Of a DNA stretch of 64,000 nt, positions 9,746 to 18,782 are shown piece after piece. The DNA comes from a bacterium. GTDB taxonomy: Bacteria > Patescibacteriota > Saccharimonadia > UBA4664 > JBBRNT01. Positions within the stretch are counted from its first letter, which is position 1. Every line of letters starts with the position of its first letter. The position numbers and the translations under genes are program-made. The stretch is from NCBI GenBank assembly GCA_043767845.1, contig JAYUFZ010000006.1, forward strand, positions 6,726-70,725, given 5' to 3'. The notes below the pieces were generated by a model. That model made no database searches. It worked only from the letters and a program-made list of their open reading frames with translations, and was not told the DNA's origin.

Positions 9746-10453
9746 ATGCCGACAAACAACCCCATGAATGAGTCAACGAACCCGCTTATCAAGCTTACTG
9801 GCATCACCAAGAGCTACCGTGATGGAAGTGGTGAGATACTGGCACTTAAGGATGTTAATCTCAGTATTCAGGCTGGCAGCAAAGTGGCTATTATGGGGCC
9901 AAGCGGCAGCGGCAAGAGCACGCTACTGCAGCTCATTGGCGGTTTGGACATCCCTACTACGGGCGAGGTAGTGGTTGATGGCAAACAAGTGCATAGCCAG
10001 AACGATAGCCAGATGAGCGACTACCGCAACCATTATATTGGCTTTATCTTTCAGACTTTTAACTTACAATCTTTCTATAATGCCGCGGAGAACGTTGCCC
10101 TGCCCCTGATCCTCGGCGGTATGCCACCGAAAGAAGCGCTTATTCGGGCTACTGAAGAATTAGCCAAAGTTGGCCTTGGCGATAAAGCTCATCGTATGCC
10201 CGCCCAGCTTTCTGGTGGCGAAATGCAGCGCGTAGCGATCGCCCGGGCCCTGGTGCATCGGCCGAAGGTAATATTAGCCGATGAACCGACGGCCAATCTT
10301 GACAAAGAAAATGCCGAGAATGTGCTTGGCCTTATGGGCCAGCTGGAATTACGCGATCAGGCACTCATCATTGTGACCCATGATGATCGAGTGGCCGCCC
10401 GCTTTGAACGCACCATTACCATCGATCACGGTGAAATACGGGGAGACAAATAG
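9746..10453 (+). CDS. ABC transporter ATP-binding protein (MacB/LolD/FtsE type)
   Basis: Walker [10 protein letters not shown], signature [15 protein letters not shown], Walker B ILADEPT. The ORF opens at TTG 9722. I chose ATG 9746; ATG 9767 is also possible. Confidence 0.8.
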   Translation: MPTNNPMNESTNPLIKLTGITKSYRDGSGEILALKDVNLSIQAGSKVAIMGPSGSGKSTLLQLIGGLDIPTTGEVVVDGKQVHSQNDSQMSDYRNHYIGFIFQTFNLQSFYNAAENVALPLILGGMPPKEALIRATEELAKVGLGDKAHRMPAQLSGGEMQRVAIARALVHRPKVILADEPTANLDKENAENVLGLMGQLELRDQALIIVTHDDRVAARFERTITIDHGEIRGDK

Positions 10454-10455
10454 TA

Positions 10456-12284
10456 TGGCAATGCCGCTTTCAGTAGCAATTTCCACCAGCCTGCGTAAAT
10501 ATCGACGCAAGAAATTACGAACCTTCTTCGGCATTGCCCCGACGGTGCTATTGTTTATTTTCATTGTGCTGCTTTCGGGCATAGCCGTCAGCGCTGATAA
10601 ATTTATCCACGATAGGGTGCTCTCCAAGATTGAGCAAAAAGAAGAGGTCTTTGAACTCAGTAAACAGTTTGGTTCGGGAACTGGTCCGGCTATCGCTGAT
10701 CCAAATAGCGACGCAGAGGACCCTACCAACTACTCGCTCGACGACCTAGCTAAGGTCAAAAAGATTAGCCATGTGGTCGATGTCCAGCCCGAGCGGCCAT
10801 TGCCAAATATGCTTGTTGCGACCCAAAGCTTGGTGGCGGGCAAGGAATTACAGCTGACCAATCTGGTTGGCGCCCCCGAAGACTTGGGGCGCCTATATAA
10901 CGCGGTTGACTTTAGCTATACCCCTGGCCAGCCCATCCCAATCATTATTAACCGCAGCATTTTTAACTACAGTAGTCTTGACTTCGCCGGTAAGACCGAT
11001 ATCGCACTTACCCAAAAAGATATGGCCGACCAAGCTAAGCAGCGTGAACTGAGTCCGCTCAAGACCAAGTTTTTGACTGACGACTATCAAAAGAGTGCCT
11101 TGCTCGGGAAAACCTTCTCTGCCACTGCTGGCGGCTTGCCCCGGGTCGCAGCCTACCTGGTAAAGACAACCAATAGCAAAGGCGACTATACCCAAACTTT
11201 CCATTCGTTTACGCCAGCTGAGAAATTGGCTGAGGTCAAGAAACAACGCGACAAGATTACTCCATACTGGGACTTTGATAAGCTTGGCAAAGGGGTGGAA
11301 CTACAGTTCAGAATAGCCGGCTTCAGCGAAAGTCAGGATAATGCTAATGAATATATTCCACTTGAGGCCAGCAGTCTGATTCTACAGCAGCTCTACGACC
11401 TGCAGCGGGCGGCCCGTACCAAGACCGTCATGCCCCAAGAACTCTACAACCTCAACTACAGCGGTTTACGACTCAGCAAGTCCAACCAGCTGTCGGCTAA
11501 TAGCGGCGGTTACTCACCGTATGCCGAGCTACTGCCAGCAAAGTATCAATACGAGGGGCAGTCGCCGACAATGCCCGAACCCATAGCTATCCCCGGCTGG
11601 CTTTACAAGGCCACTACTAAGAATGACGCTGTTACTCTCTCAGAAGTGGATGGTTTTATCATTAAGCCCGACAGCTTGGCGATTAAGGCTCTGGCTGTGC
11701 GGGTCGATGACGCCACTAACGCCGCCAAGGCTCAGAAAGAATTAGTAGCGGCCGGCTATCCGGAAGCCCAAAACACTGGTGGACTCACCAGCACGCTGCG
11801 TGGTTTGCGTAAGGGCCTCAGTACTGCCTTATTCTGGATTGTGGTGGTACTGACCTTTATCAATTCCCTGATTCTCATCTCGACAGTCAGCCGGACGGTA
11901 GCCGACGCGCAGCGTGAGATCGGTGTCTTTCGGGCGCTCGGTGCTAGAAAGCGCGATATCCGCAAGCTCTACGTCGTCTATAGTTCTTTGCAAACGGCTC
12001 TAGGAATTGGGGCGGGATTACTACTTGGGCTACTAGCTGTCTGGCCAGTCAGCAATTTCTTGGCCTCCAAAGCCAAGCTATTTTTACCAATCGATAGCTC
12101 GAGCGGCGAAGGAGCCTTTGGTTTTAACCTGAAGGTCAGCCCAGCGGATTTGCAGCACTTTGACTGGCAGAGGATTATTATCTATAGCCTAGCGCTGCTG
12201 TTTGTGACCATCATAGTCTCACTGATACCGGCGGCTCGGGCAGCGCGCATTAGCCCGGTCGAAGCTATCCGCCGGGCCGACTAG
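10456..12284 (+). CDS. ABC transporter permease, FtsX/MacB-like, with a large extracytoplasmic domain
   Basis: ATG at 10456 is 2 nt after the ATPase stop. N-terminal TM, about 400-aa extracellular region, then the C-terminal 3-TM FtsX-type bundle ending ...LIPAARAARISPVEAIRRAD. Confidence 0.8.
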
Positions 12285-12288
12285 TAGC

Positions 12289-13104
12289 GTGTCACTGACC
12301 CATAGCCAGTTTTTTCATCGCCTAGAAAGCCTACCACTCGGCAAATTGTGGGTTTTTGGCGTTAAACAAGCTTGGGCGGCGCTGTTTGGCGGGCTCATGT
12401 TGCTGGCGCTTATCGTCACCACCTATCTACCGCTACCCTGGCTGGGTCGCTACGACTGGCTGTTTCTGATAGCAATCGCCATCCAGCTGACTATGCTAGC
12501 CACGGGCCTGGAGCGGCCGCATGAAGTCATAACTATTATGACCTTCCACTTGGTCGGACTCGGTATGGAGCTGTTTAAAACCTCATCGACTATCGCGTCC
12601 TGGTCCTACCCTGGTTATGCCTTCTTTCACGCCGGACATGTACCGCTTTTTTCGGGCTTCATGTACGCGGCGGTTGGTAGCTACATCGCCCGTTCGTGGC
12701 GAGTGTTTGACCTAAAGTTCTCCAGCTATCCCAACAGGCTAGCGACCTTTCTGCTGGCGCTTGCTATTTATATCAATTTTTTCACTCACCACTATATTGT
12801 CGATATTCGTTACCTGCTGTTTGGCGTAATCCTGTATCTCTACGGCCGGGTAATGGTGAGTTATAAGCTCAACTTCCGGGTCCACCGGATGCCGATCGTG
12901 CTCGGCTTTGTGTTAATCGCGTTCTTCATTTGGTTAGCAGAAAATATTGCGACCTACGCTCGGATCTGGATCTATCCCAACCAACTGAGCCATTGGCGCT
13001 TAGTCGATATTAGTAAGCTTGGTTCGTGGCTGCTGCTTATGATCATTAGCTTCATCTTGGTCGACCTTTTGCAGTACTTGCGGACCAAATACCAGGCTCA
13101 CTAA
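12289..13104 (+). CDS. polytopic membrane protein, hypothetical
   Basis: GTG start 4 nt after the upstream stop. 271 aa with about 8 TM helices. Family not confidently recognised. Confidence 0.55.
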   Translation: MSLTHSQFFHRLESLPLGKLWVFGVKQAWAALFGGLMLLALIVTTYLPLPWLGRYDWLFLIAIAIQLTMLATGLERPHEVITIMTFHLVGLGMELFKTSSTIASWSYPGYAFFHAGHVPLFSGFMYAAVGSYIARSWRVFDLKFSSYPNRLATFLLALAIYINFFTHHYIVDIRYLLFGVILYLYGRVMVSYKLNFRVHRMPIVLGFVLIAFFIWLAENIATYARIWIYPNQLSHWRLVDISKLGSWLLLMIISFILVDLLQYLRTKYQAH

Positions 13105-13136
13105 GAAAGAGACCCAACGGGTCTCTTTCTTAGTGA
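13098..13136. terminator. intrinsic terminator with 17-bp perfect stem
   Basis: CACTAAGAAAGAGACCC-aacg-GGTCTCTTTCTTAGTG, immediately after the 13104 stop. Confidence 0.7.
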
Positions 13137-13385
13137 GAAACAATCTACTTATTTGATTGTTATGGCTGTGTTGGTTGTTGATGAGAACCCCTCTCAACCG
13201 TTCATTAGTAAGTCTCAGGCCACGCCGAACCGTTTGCGGTGCCGTGGGACGCAATAGTGCGCACTTCCAAAATCTCTCACTCGAGCTGTAGCCAAAGCTC
13301 AACTGCTAGGTCTAAAACACTGAAAGCGGGAAGAGGCCTGTCCCGTGAGGTTACAGGGGTGCGATTATAGTTTATAATATGGCCA

Positions 13386-13769
13386 ATGGGAAAAAACCAA
13401 CTTAGCAAAAGACAGATTGAAAACGAAGTTGTCTTTCGACGCGCCAATGAACGCGTCGAGCGTGGTATCGAGCACGAGAAGGCGGTTGCTCTGGAAAACG
13501 GTGATGATATTTCCGATCTCGATAACACACCGCTGCACTTTTACTGCGAATGTTCAGATGAAAACTGCAAAGAGCGAATTGTAATGACTCTAGGCGAATA
13601 CAAGACGCTCCATATCAATCGTAAGCAATTCATTATTAGTCCCGGCCACGAAGTACCGCGCATCGAGGATACGGTCAAGGAAAAAGCTCGCTATAGTGTT
13701 GTTAAAAAGCATTTTGTCCCACCAGAGGATATTACGGACTTGCAGCATACTAGTACTGGGAACGTCTAG
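13386..13769 (+). CDS. hypothetical protein with a Cys cluster (HFYCECSDENC)
   Basis: 127-aa ORF of charged, soluble character. Possible zinc-binding C-x-C...C motif. No family recognised. Confidence 0.5.
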   Translation: MGKNQLSKRQIENEVVFRRANERVERGIEHEKAVALENGDDISDLDNTPLHFYCECSDENCKERIVMTLGEYKTLHINRKQFIISPGHEVPRIEDTVKEKARYSVVKKHFVPPEDITDLQHTSTGNV

Positions 13770-13903
13770 TGGTGAGCGAGCAGTTTTAAGACAAGTGTCA
13801 GAAAAATGCTCAGCACAACACTGGTAAGCCAAAACACTTTAATAATAATCCGGCCAGACTGGTTATCCTCGGTGTACCTGCCGTTGGCGTATTTAATTCT
13901 CAT
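13766..13903 (-). CDS. 45-aa small hydrophobic protein (MRIKYANGRYTEDNQSGRIIIKVFWLTSVVLSIFLTLVLKLLAHH)
   Basis: Not in the ORF track because it is under 60 aa. GAGGTGAAAG RBS 5 nt upstream of the ATG. One predicted TM helix. Its 3' end overlaps the convergent 13386..13769 gene by 4 nt. Confidence 0.4.
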   Translation of the reverse strand: MRIKYANGRYTEDNQSGRIIIKVFWLTSVVLSIFLTLVLKLLAHH

Positions 13904-14016
13904 CTTTCACCTCATATTCATGGCAATGCGTGGAGCTTACTAGCTTGGGCGCAGGCTGGCTGTAAAAAATAACACACCGAGTCGCCGTTGCAGCCGCTAA
14001 CTGCTATGATGCTTGT

Positions 14017-14454
14017 ATGAAAGTACTCTTCGTTTGCCATTACAATGTTGGCCGCAGCCAGATGGCGGCGGCTATCTACAATAAATTGACTGGCGGCCAG
14101 GATGCCGATTCGGCAGGTACCGAGGTCGATAAGCCGGGGCAAACGCTTGCCCAGCGCAAACTCGAGCACACCGAGGAAACGAAGCACCTCTACACCTTTG
14201 ATGTGATGAAAGAAGTTGGCATCGACGTTTCCGGCAACATCAGGACGCGCCTTTCCGAGGCTATGCTTACAGGCTATGACAAAGTCGTCAATATGGCCGA
14301 GCCAGAGAACACACCAGATTGGCTTAGCAAGGCCGCGGGTTATGAGTACTGGCCGGTGCCAGACCCGGGTGGCATAAGCTATGATCTAACCAAGCAGGCG
14401 CGCGACGATATCAAGATTCGCGTCGAAAATCTGATCACCCAACACCCGAAGTAG
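14017..14454 (+). CDS. low-molecular-weight phosphotyrosine phosphatase / ArsC-type reductase family protein
   Basis: N-terminal P-loop VLFVCHYNVGRSQMA (C-x5-R-S). About 145 aa, typical of the LMW-PTP fold. Confidence 0.8.
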   Translation: MKVLFVCHYNVGRSQMAAAIYNKLTGGQDADSAGTEVDKPGQTLAQRKLEHTEETKHLYTFDVMKEVGIDVSGNIRTRLSEAMLTGYDKVVNMAEPENTPDWLSKAAGYEYWPVPDPGGISYDLTKQARDDIKIRVENLITQHPK

Positions 14455-14492
14455 CATAGGAGAATTGGAGTCAAGGCGAGTATAATCAAGCT

Positions 14493-15353
14493 ATGCATTT
14501 ACCCCATGATCTCGACTACCGCCCACTGCGTTTTTTCGACGCTGTGCTCATATTTCGAATCTGGGTAAAGCGACTACGACTTATCGCCGTACGCGTCGGT
14601 TTGGTCGCACTTATTGTCTGGGCTGGGGTATTTATTTGGCAGCATCCAGAATTTCATGATGTGAGCACTGGCGGCGGGGGGACTATCGACCTGGGGAGTG
14701 TCTTCGCTGCGATATTTGTCTACTGGCTACTCACCATAATAGGCACAGCGCTGGCTTGGATGCGGTTCGCCAGCGCCAATCGGCTGGTGGTCCAGACGGC
14801 TGAAGAGTCTGCTGAGCTAACCGGCCGGACAAGCTTTTTGCGACACTTTTCTATCGGCATGATGCCCATAAAAATGGGCGGTTGGCTGTTTGGCGCGCAG
14901 CTTTACAAAGAGGGCGGAGTTATTCGCTGGCGCGAGTACCACGCCGATCTCTGGTTGCGATACCGGCTAGAGGACTCATACAATTTGCCGCACATGGTAC
15001 TCGATGCTCGCCCCAGAGACAAGCAAAAGGCTGCCAATATCCACGCTCGGCTCGCGGGTCTGCAAGAGTTTACGCCAGAGGGTCAGGCTGGTAAGGAGTA
15101 TCGGATATTCGCTGAAAGCGGCCATCAGTCTGACGCGCTTGTCATCTTCACCCCAGATGTGCTAGCGTTGCTGCTCGACAAGTTGCCCGGCGTTGATGTT
15201 GAGCTGAATGGCCGCGATGTTTGGTTTGTGCTGCGCAACCCTCGACTCCAAACCAGCTCGGCTGAAAACTTCATAGTCGGGGTAGACGCTGTTTCGAGTA
15301 AGCTTGAGAAGCAGCTCGGATCGCTTACTGGAAAGCGGACACCCGTAAACTAG
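14493..15353 (+). CDS. hypothetical membrane protein
   Basis: 286 aa with two N-terminal TM helices and a soluble C-terminal domain. No family recognised. Confidence 0.5.
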   Translation: MHLPHDLDYRPLRFFDAVLIFRIWVKRLRLIAVRVGLVALIVWAGVFIWQHPEFHDVSTGGGGTIDLGSVFAAIFVYWLLTIIGTALAWMRFASANRLVVQTAEESAELTGRTSFLRHFSIGMMPIKMGGWLFGAQLYKEGGVIRWREYHADLWLRYRLEDSYNLPHMVLDARPRDKQKAANIHARLAGLQEFTPEGQAGKEYRIFAESGHQSDALVIFTPDVLALLLDKLPGVDVELNGRDVWFVLRNPRLQTSSAENFIVGVDAVSSKLEKQLGSLTGKRTPVN

Positions 15354-15404
15354 ACTAAGTTCACAACTCCCGTGCCCTAAACTGATCCAGAAAGTAGCTA
15401 CCAA

Positions 15405-15659
15405 ATGCGATTTTTCAAAGACAAAGCCGGCAAATACAAGCTCTGGCAAAGGCCTAATGTGCCTCTATCCGCCTGGTTCTTTTTTATGTTGATCTCGAGA
15501 TTTGTGCCGATGGCCCACATCCAATCCCTATCACAGTTTCTTTCGACAGCCTTTTTATTTACCTGGGCATACTTGGAAATCACCAGCGGGGCGAGCTACT
15601 TTAGGCGCCTACTCGGCTTGGTGATAATTGCCGGTATTATCGCCTCGCACGCTGGTTAA
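15405..15659 (+). CDS. small membrane protein, hypothetical
   Basis: 84 aa with two hydrophobic helices. No clear RBS. Confidence 0.35.
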   Translation: MRFFKDKAGKYKLWQRPNVPLSAWFFFMLISRFVPMAHIQSLSQFLSTAFLFTWAYLEITSGASYFRRLLGLVIIAGIIASHAG

Positions 15660-15695
15660 CCTGGCCGATTGCTGGAGTTGTAGTATTATTATGCT

Positions 15696-16067
15696 ATGAA
15701 GCAACCTCTCCTGTACCTGCGACTTGAAGGCCTGGCCATTTTCCTGGGAAGTATATTATTCTATGCCGAATTCGGTTTCGGCTGGTTGATGTTTGCCGGG
15801 CTATTACTGATAGTCGATCTGTCGATGCTCGGATATGTGAGTAGCCCTAAACTGGGCGCTCATATCTACAATATCGGGCACAGTTTGACGCTGCCGCTGG
15901 TGCTTTTGATCTATAGTTACACGCATGGGCTGCCGCTACTCGCCAGCTGGGCGCTCATCTGGGCGGCGCACATTGGCATGGACCGTGCCTTGGGCTATGG
16001 GCTCAAATTTAGCGACTCCTTCCAGCACACCCATCTAGGCACCATCGGTCGCCAGAAGCAGCCATGA
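15696..16067 (+). CDS. small polytopic membrane protein, hypothetical (possibly DUF4260-like)
   Basis: 123 aa, 3-4 TM helices, HIGMDRALGYGLK motif. Its stop overlaps the next gene's start (ATGA). Confidence 0.5.
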   Translation: MKQPLLYLRLEGLAIFLGSILFYAEFGFGWLMFAGLLLIVDLSMLGYVSSPKLGAHIYNIGHSLTLPLVLLIYSYTHGLPLLASWALIWAAHIGMDRALGYGLKFSDSFQHTHLGTIGRQKQP

Positions 16068-16609
16068 AAACGCGCTACGTAGCCTTTCTTCGTGGCATCA
16101 ATGTCGGCGGCCACAATGTTTCGATGGAGCATCTGAGGGGGTTGATCTCCGACCTCGGTTTGAGCGAAGTGCGCAGCTACATCCAGACCGGCAATATTTT
16201 CTTTGATGCTGAGTCCAGTGACCAGCACGGCTTAAGCCAAAAGGTTTACAGCCTTCTGGAAGCTAAGCTTGGCTACCGTGTGCCGACTTTTGTGCTCACC
16301 ATTGACGAGCTGGAGCACATTATTAACGCAGCACCATTTGGATCAATCGAGCTTACCGATGACACTCGCCATATGATTGTCTTTATCAATAAACCGCTCC
16401 CCCAAGGCACAAGCTATCCCTTGCTTTCCCCAAAAGGCGACTTTGAGGTGGTGGGCGCGACTGATGACGCCGCTTACGTAGTTGTCCATTTAACCAACGG
16501 CAAATTCCCCAGCTCCAATTTTCTAGAGAAAAACTTTGGGCTAGAAACCACTGGCCGCTTTTACCACACGGCTATCAAGATACTGGCGGCTGCCCAGACT
16601 GCTAGTTAA
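16064..16609 (+). CDS. DUF1697 family protein
   Basis: N-terminal YVAFLRGINVGGHN motif characteristic of DUF1697. 181 aa. Confidence 0.75.
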   Translation: MKTRYVAFLRGINVGGHNVSMEHLRGLISDLGLSEVRSYIQTGNIFFDAESSDQHGLSQKVYSLLEAKLGYRVPTFVLTIDELEHIINAAPFGSIELTDDTRHMIVFINKPLPQGTSYPLLSPKGDFEVVGATDDAAYVVVHLTNGKFPSSNFLEKNFGLETTGRFYHTAIKILAAAQTAS

Positions 16610-18587
16610 CGCCTGAGACTTCGTAGGTATCGGGCGTGCCCGCTTTTTTCTGCGAATCGGCTGTATTCTCCAGGTGCCCTTGCAGGTAGTAGGATCCGCA
16701 GGGTTTGGTGTTGCATTTGGCGCCGGCTCCGTTGGGGCCAACGGTAGCTTGGTAAGTATAGACGTAGGTACCGGTGTTTTTTGGGTCAACTGGCATGGCC
16801 GGCAAGTAGGCGGTTACCAAGGCACTTGAGAGATTTACATAGGATGAGCCTGGAGGATAGCTGTTTTCATCGTTAAAGTAGGTCTCCAGCGCGTTTTTGA
16901 CAGCCCGCAGGTCGGATTTACGCTGGGCATCACGGGCTCGGGCGGCACTGGAGCTTGACGAGCTATCCGGTGAGCTCACCGGGTGGACTTGGTATGGGCC
17001 GCCGCTCTCTAGGCAGGCGCTGAGTACATAGTCACGCTTCGTTGCGGTGACGGCGTAGGCGGCCGAGAAAGTATTGCTAGTGATGGGAGAGGCGCAGGCC
17101 GCCGCTAGAGCGTATTTGTTCCCAAGGTTGGATGTAGCCGACGCCCCAGTATCATAGGCCGTAAGCATGCTATCGACAGCGGCCGGGGTGGCTGGATACA
17201 CGCCGCCATTGTTTGAGGCGTATTGTTCAAGGTATGAGACCATCCGGCCAGCATCATTTTTGCGGGCAAGGTCGCGGCCAGCGGCAGTGTTTGGATCGGC
17301 AGAGCTTGACTCATCGATAGTGCCCCCAAAAAAGAGTGAGATTAAATCCTCAATCGGCTTGGCATTGGCTGGGGCGGTGATGGTTACTGGCTTATTGTAA
17401 GCACTGGTGTCCAAGCTGAGCTCGGCCGTTGCCTTTTCGGCCGCCTTGGTGGTAGTAGTAGTGACATGCACGGTGAGTCGGTCAAAACCGCCGCTCGTCC
17501 ATAGATCGTAGTCGACAGCCAGGTCCTTGAAGTCGTCGGCCGTCAGGTTGATCTTACAGTCGGCAGACAGATCCTTATTGGCCTTGTCGACAGCGTCTTT
17601 GAGGCCTGCGAAGTCCAAAGACGCCTTAAAATGTGTTACCAGATGGCCGTCGATTTTTTCGAATAGGCCAACTCGCTTCGAGTTTTTGAGCGGTAATTGA
17701 GTGAGGATTTGATTACCCAGGAATGATCCAGAGCCACCTTTTTTGGTAGATAGGCATTTATTTGCTTGGGTGGTCTGGCTATCGATCGGCACTTTGTACC
17801 AGTCTTTAAGGATTTGGACTGGTAGAAAACTACTTAGTACCCCGACGCTTTCAATCTTGAAGTAAAGGTTTTTATCGGTGGTAAGTATTTCTCCTTTGAC
17901 CGATCCATTGGTACTGCCGCTGGTGGCCGCTGCCAAAGTGTTTGTGCTGCCGCCATTGCTTAGGTCGCCGTCAAGCTTGAGGTCGAGCTTAGGGTTGGTC
18001 AGATCTTTAATGTCGTAGGCGCCATTGAGCTTCACATGTAATTTATAATCGCTGGTGGTCGAGCTAACAGTGCCGTTGAAAAGTCCAGTTTTGCTCATTG
18101 AAACTTTTACCAGGTAGTCTGCCAGGGCCTGCTTGGGAGCGATGAAAAGTCCGTGATATGCAAGTGCGCCACTAGCCACCAGTAAGACTACTACAAGGCC
18201 GAGGATCAGCCACTTGAGGCCGGGTTTAGCCTTGAGCGGGACGGGTGGGAGCATGGCGGAGACATTGCTCTGCGTCCAGTTGACTGGGGTGGCAACCACT
18301 TGTCCAGGTACCGAAACGGGCGACTGTGCGGTCGTGGGAGGTGTAGATGAAGGCTGTGTTGGGAGTATTGGCTGGGAGTAAGGTACGGCTGGAGCCGCGG
18401 CGATCGGTAAAGCCTGCGGGCTGACTGTTGGGTGGGTGATAGCTGGTGTCATGGCCGCGGGAGCGACGGGCGGGGCAGCTGGGGGCGGTTGCAGTGTGTT
18501 AGCAGGCGGGGGCGTAGTGGGCAGTTGAGCGGGCGGTTCTACGGACGGCGTGGGCGTGGTACTTGGTACGGCTGGTTCTGGAGGCAT
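16602..18587 (-). CDS. Pro-rich, TM-anchored surface protein with type-IV-pilin/pseudopilin-like globular domains
   Basis: 661 aa with a Pro/Thr/Ala-rich N-terminal region and a single TM (LKWLILGLVVVLLVASGALA). Two blocks resemble the post-helix part of GspG/type IV pilins (ARKNDAGRMVSYLEQYASNNGGVYP and ARDAQRKSDLRAVKNALETYFNDENSYPP ... DPKNTGTYVYTYQA ... CNTKPC). No prepilin G-F-T-L-I-E leader is present. Confidence 0.65.
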   Translation of the reverse strand: MPPEPAVPSTTPTPSVEPPAQLPTTPPPANTLQPPPAAPPVAPAAMTPAITHPTVSPQALPIAAAPAVPYSQPILPTQPSSTPPTTAQSPVSVPGQVVATPVNWTQSNVSAMLPPVPLKAKPGLKWLILGLVVVLLVASGALAYHGLFIAPKQALADYLVKVSMSKTGLFNGTVSSTTSDYKLHVKLNGAYDIKDLTNPKLDLKLDGDLSNGGSTNTLAAATSGSTNGSVKGEILTTDKNLYFKIESVGVLSSFLPVQILKDWYKVPIDSQTTQANKCLSTKKGGSGSFLGNQILTQLPLKNSKRVGLFEKIDGHLVTHFKASLDFAGLKDAVDKANKDLSADCKINLTADDFKDLAVDYDLWTSGGFDRLTVHVTTTTTKAAEKATAELSLDTSAYNKPVTITAPANAKPIEDLISLFFGGTIDESSSADPNTAAGRDLARKNDAGRMVSYLEQYASNNGGVYPATPAAVDSMLTAYDTGASATSNLGNKYALAAACASPITSNTFSAAYAVTATKRDYVLSACLESGGPYQVHPVSSPDSSSSSSAARARDAQRKSDLRAVKNALETYFNDENSYPPGSSYVNLSSALVTAYLPAMPVDPKNTGTYVYTYQATVGPNGAGAKCNTKPCGSYYLQGHLENTADSQKKAGTPDTYEVSGVN

Positions 18588-18663
18588 GCTGACCCTAAAT
18601 TACTTATGCTTATTGTCTGCTTGATTACGCTCAGCGTCAAATTAGCTGACCAGCAATAAATAC

Positions 18664-18692
18664 TTGCAAAATTAGCCAAAACATTGTAAAAT
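18664..18692 (+). promoter_or_regulatory. sigma70-like promoter (TTGCAA -17- TAAAAT) for the high-GC lipoprotein gene
   Basis: -35 TTGCAA at 18664-18669, 17-bp spacer, -10 TAAAAT at 18687-18692. Confidence 0.4.
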
Positions 18693-18782
18693 ACGTGGCG
18701 ACTTCCGCTTCCGGCGGGTAGTTCCTTCACCCACGCACAAGCGTGCCAACAGAAAGCTGCTTGCTTGAAAACACAGCGTCCC

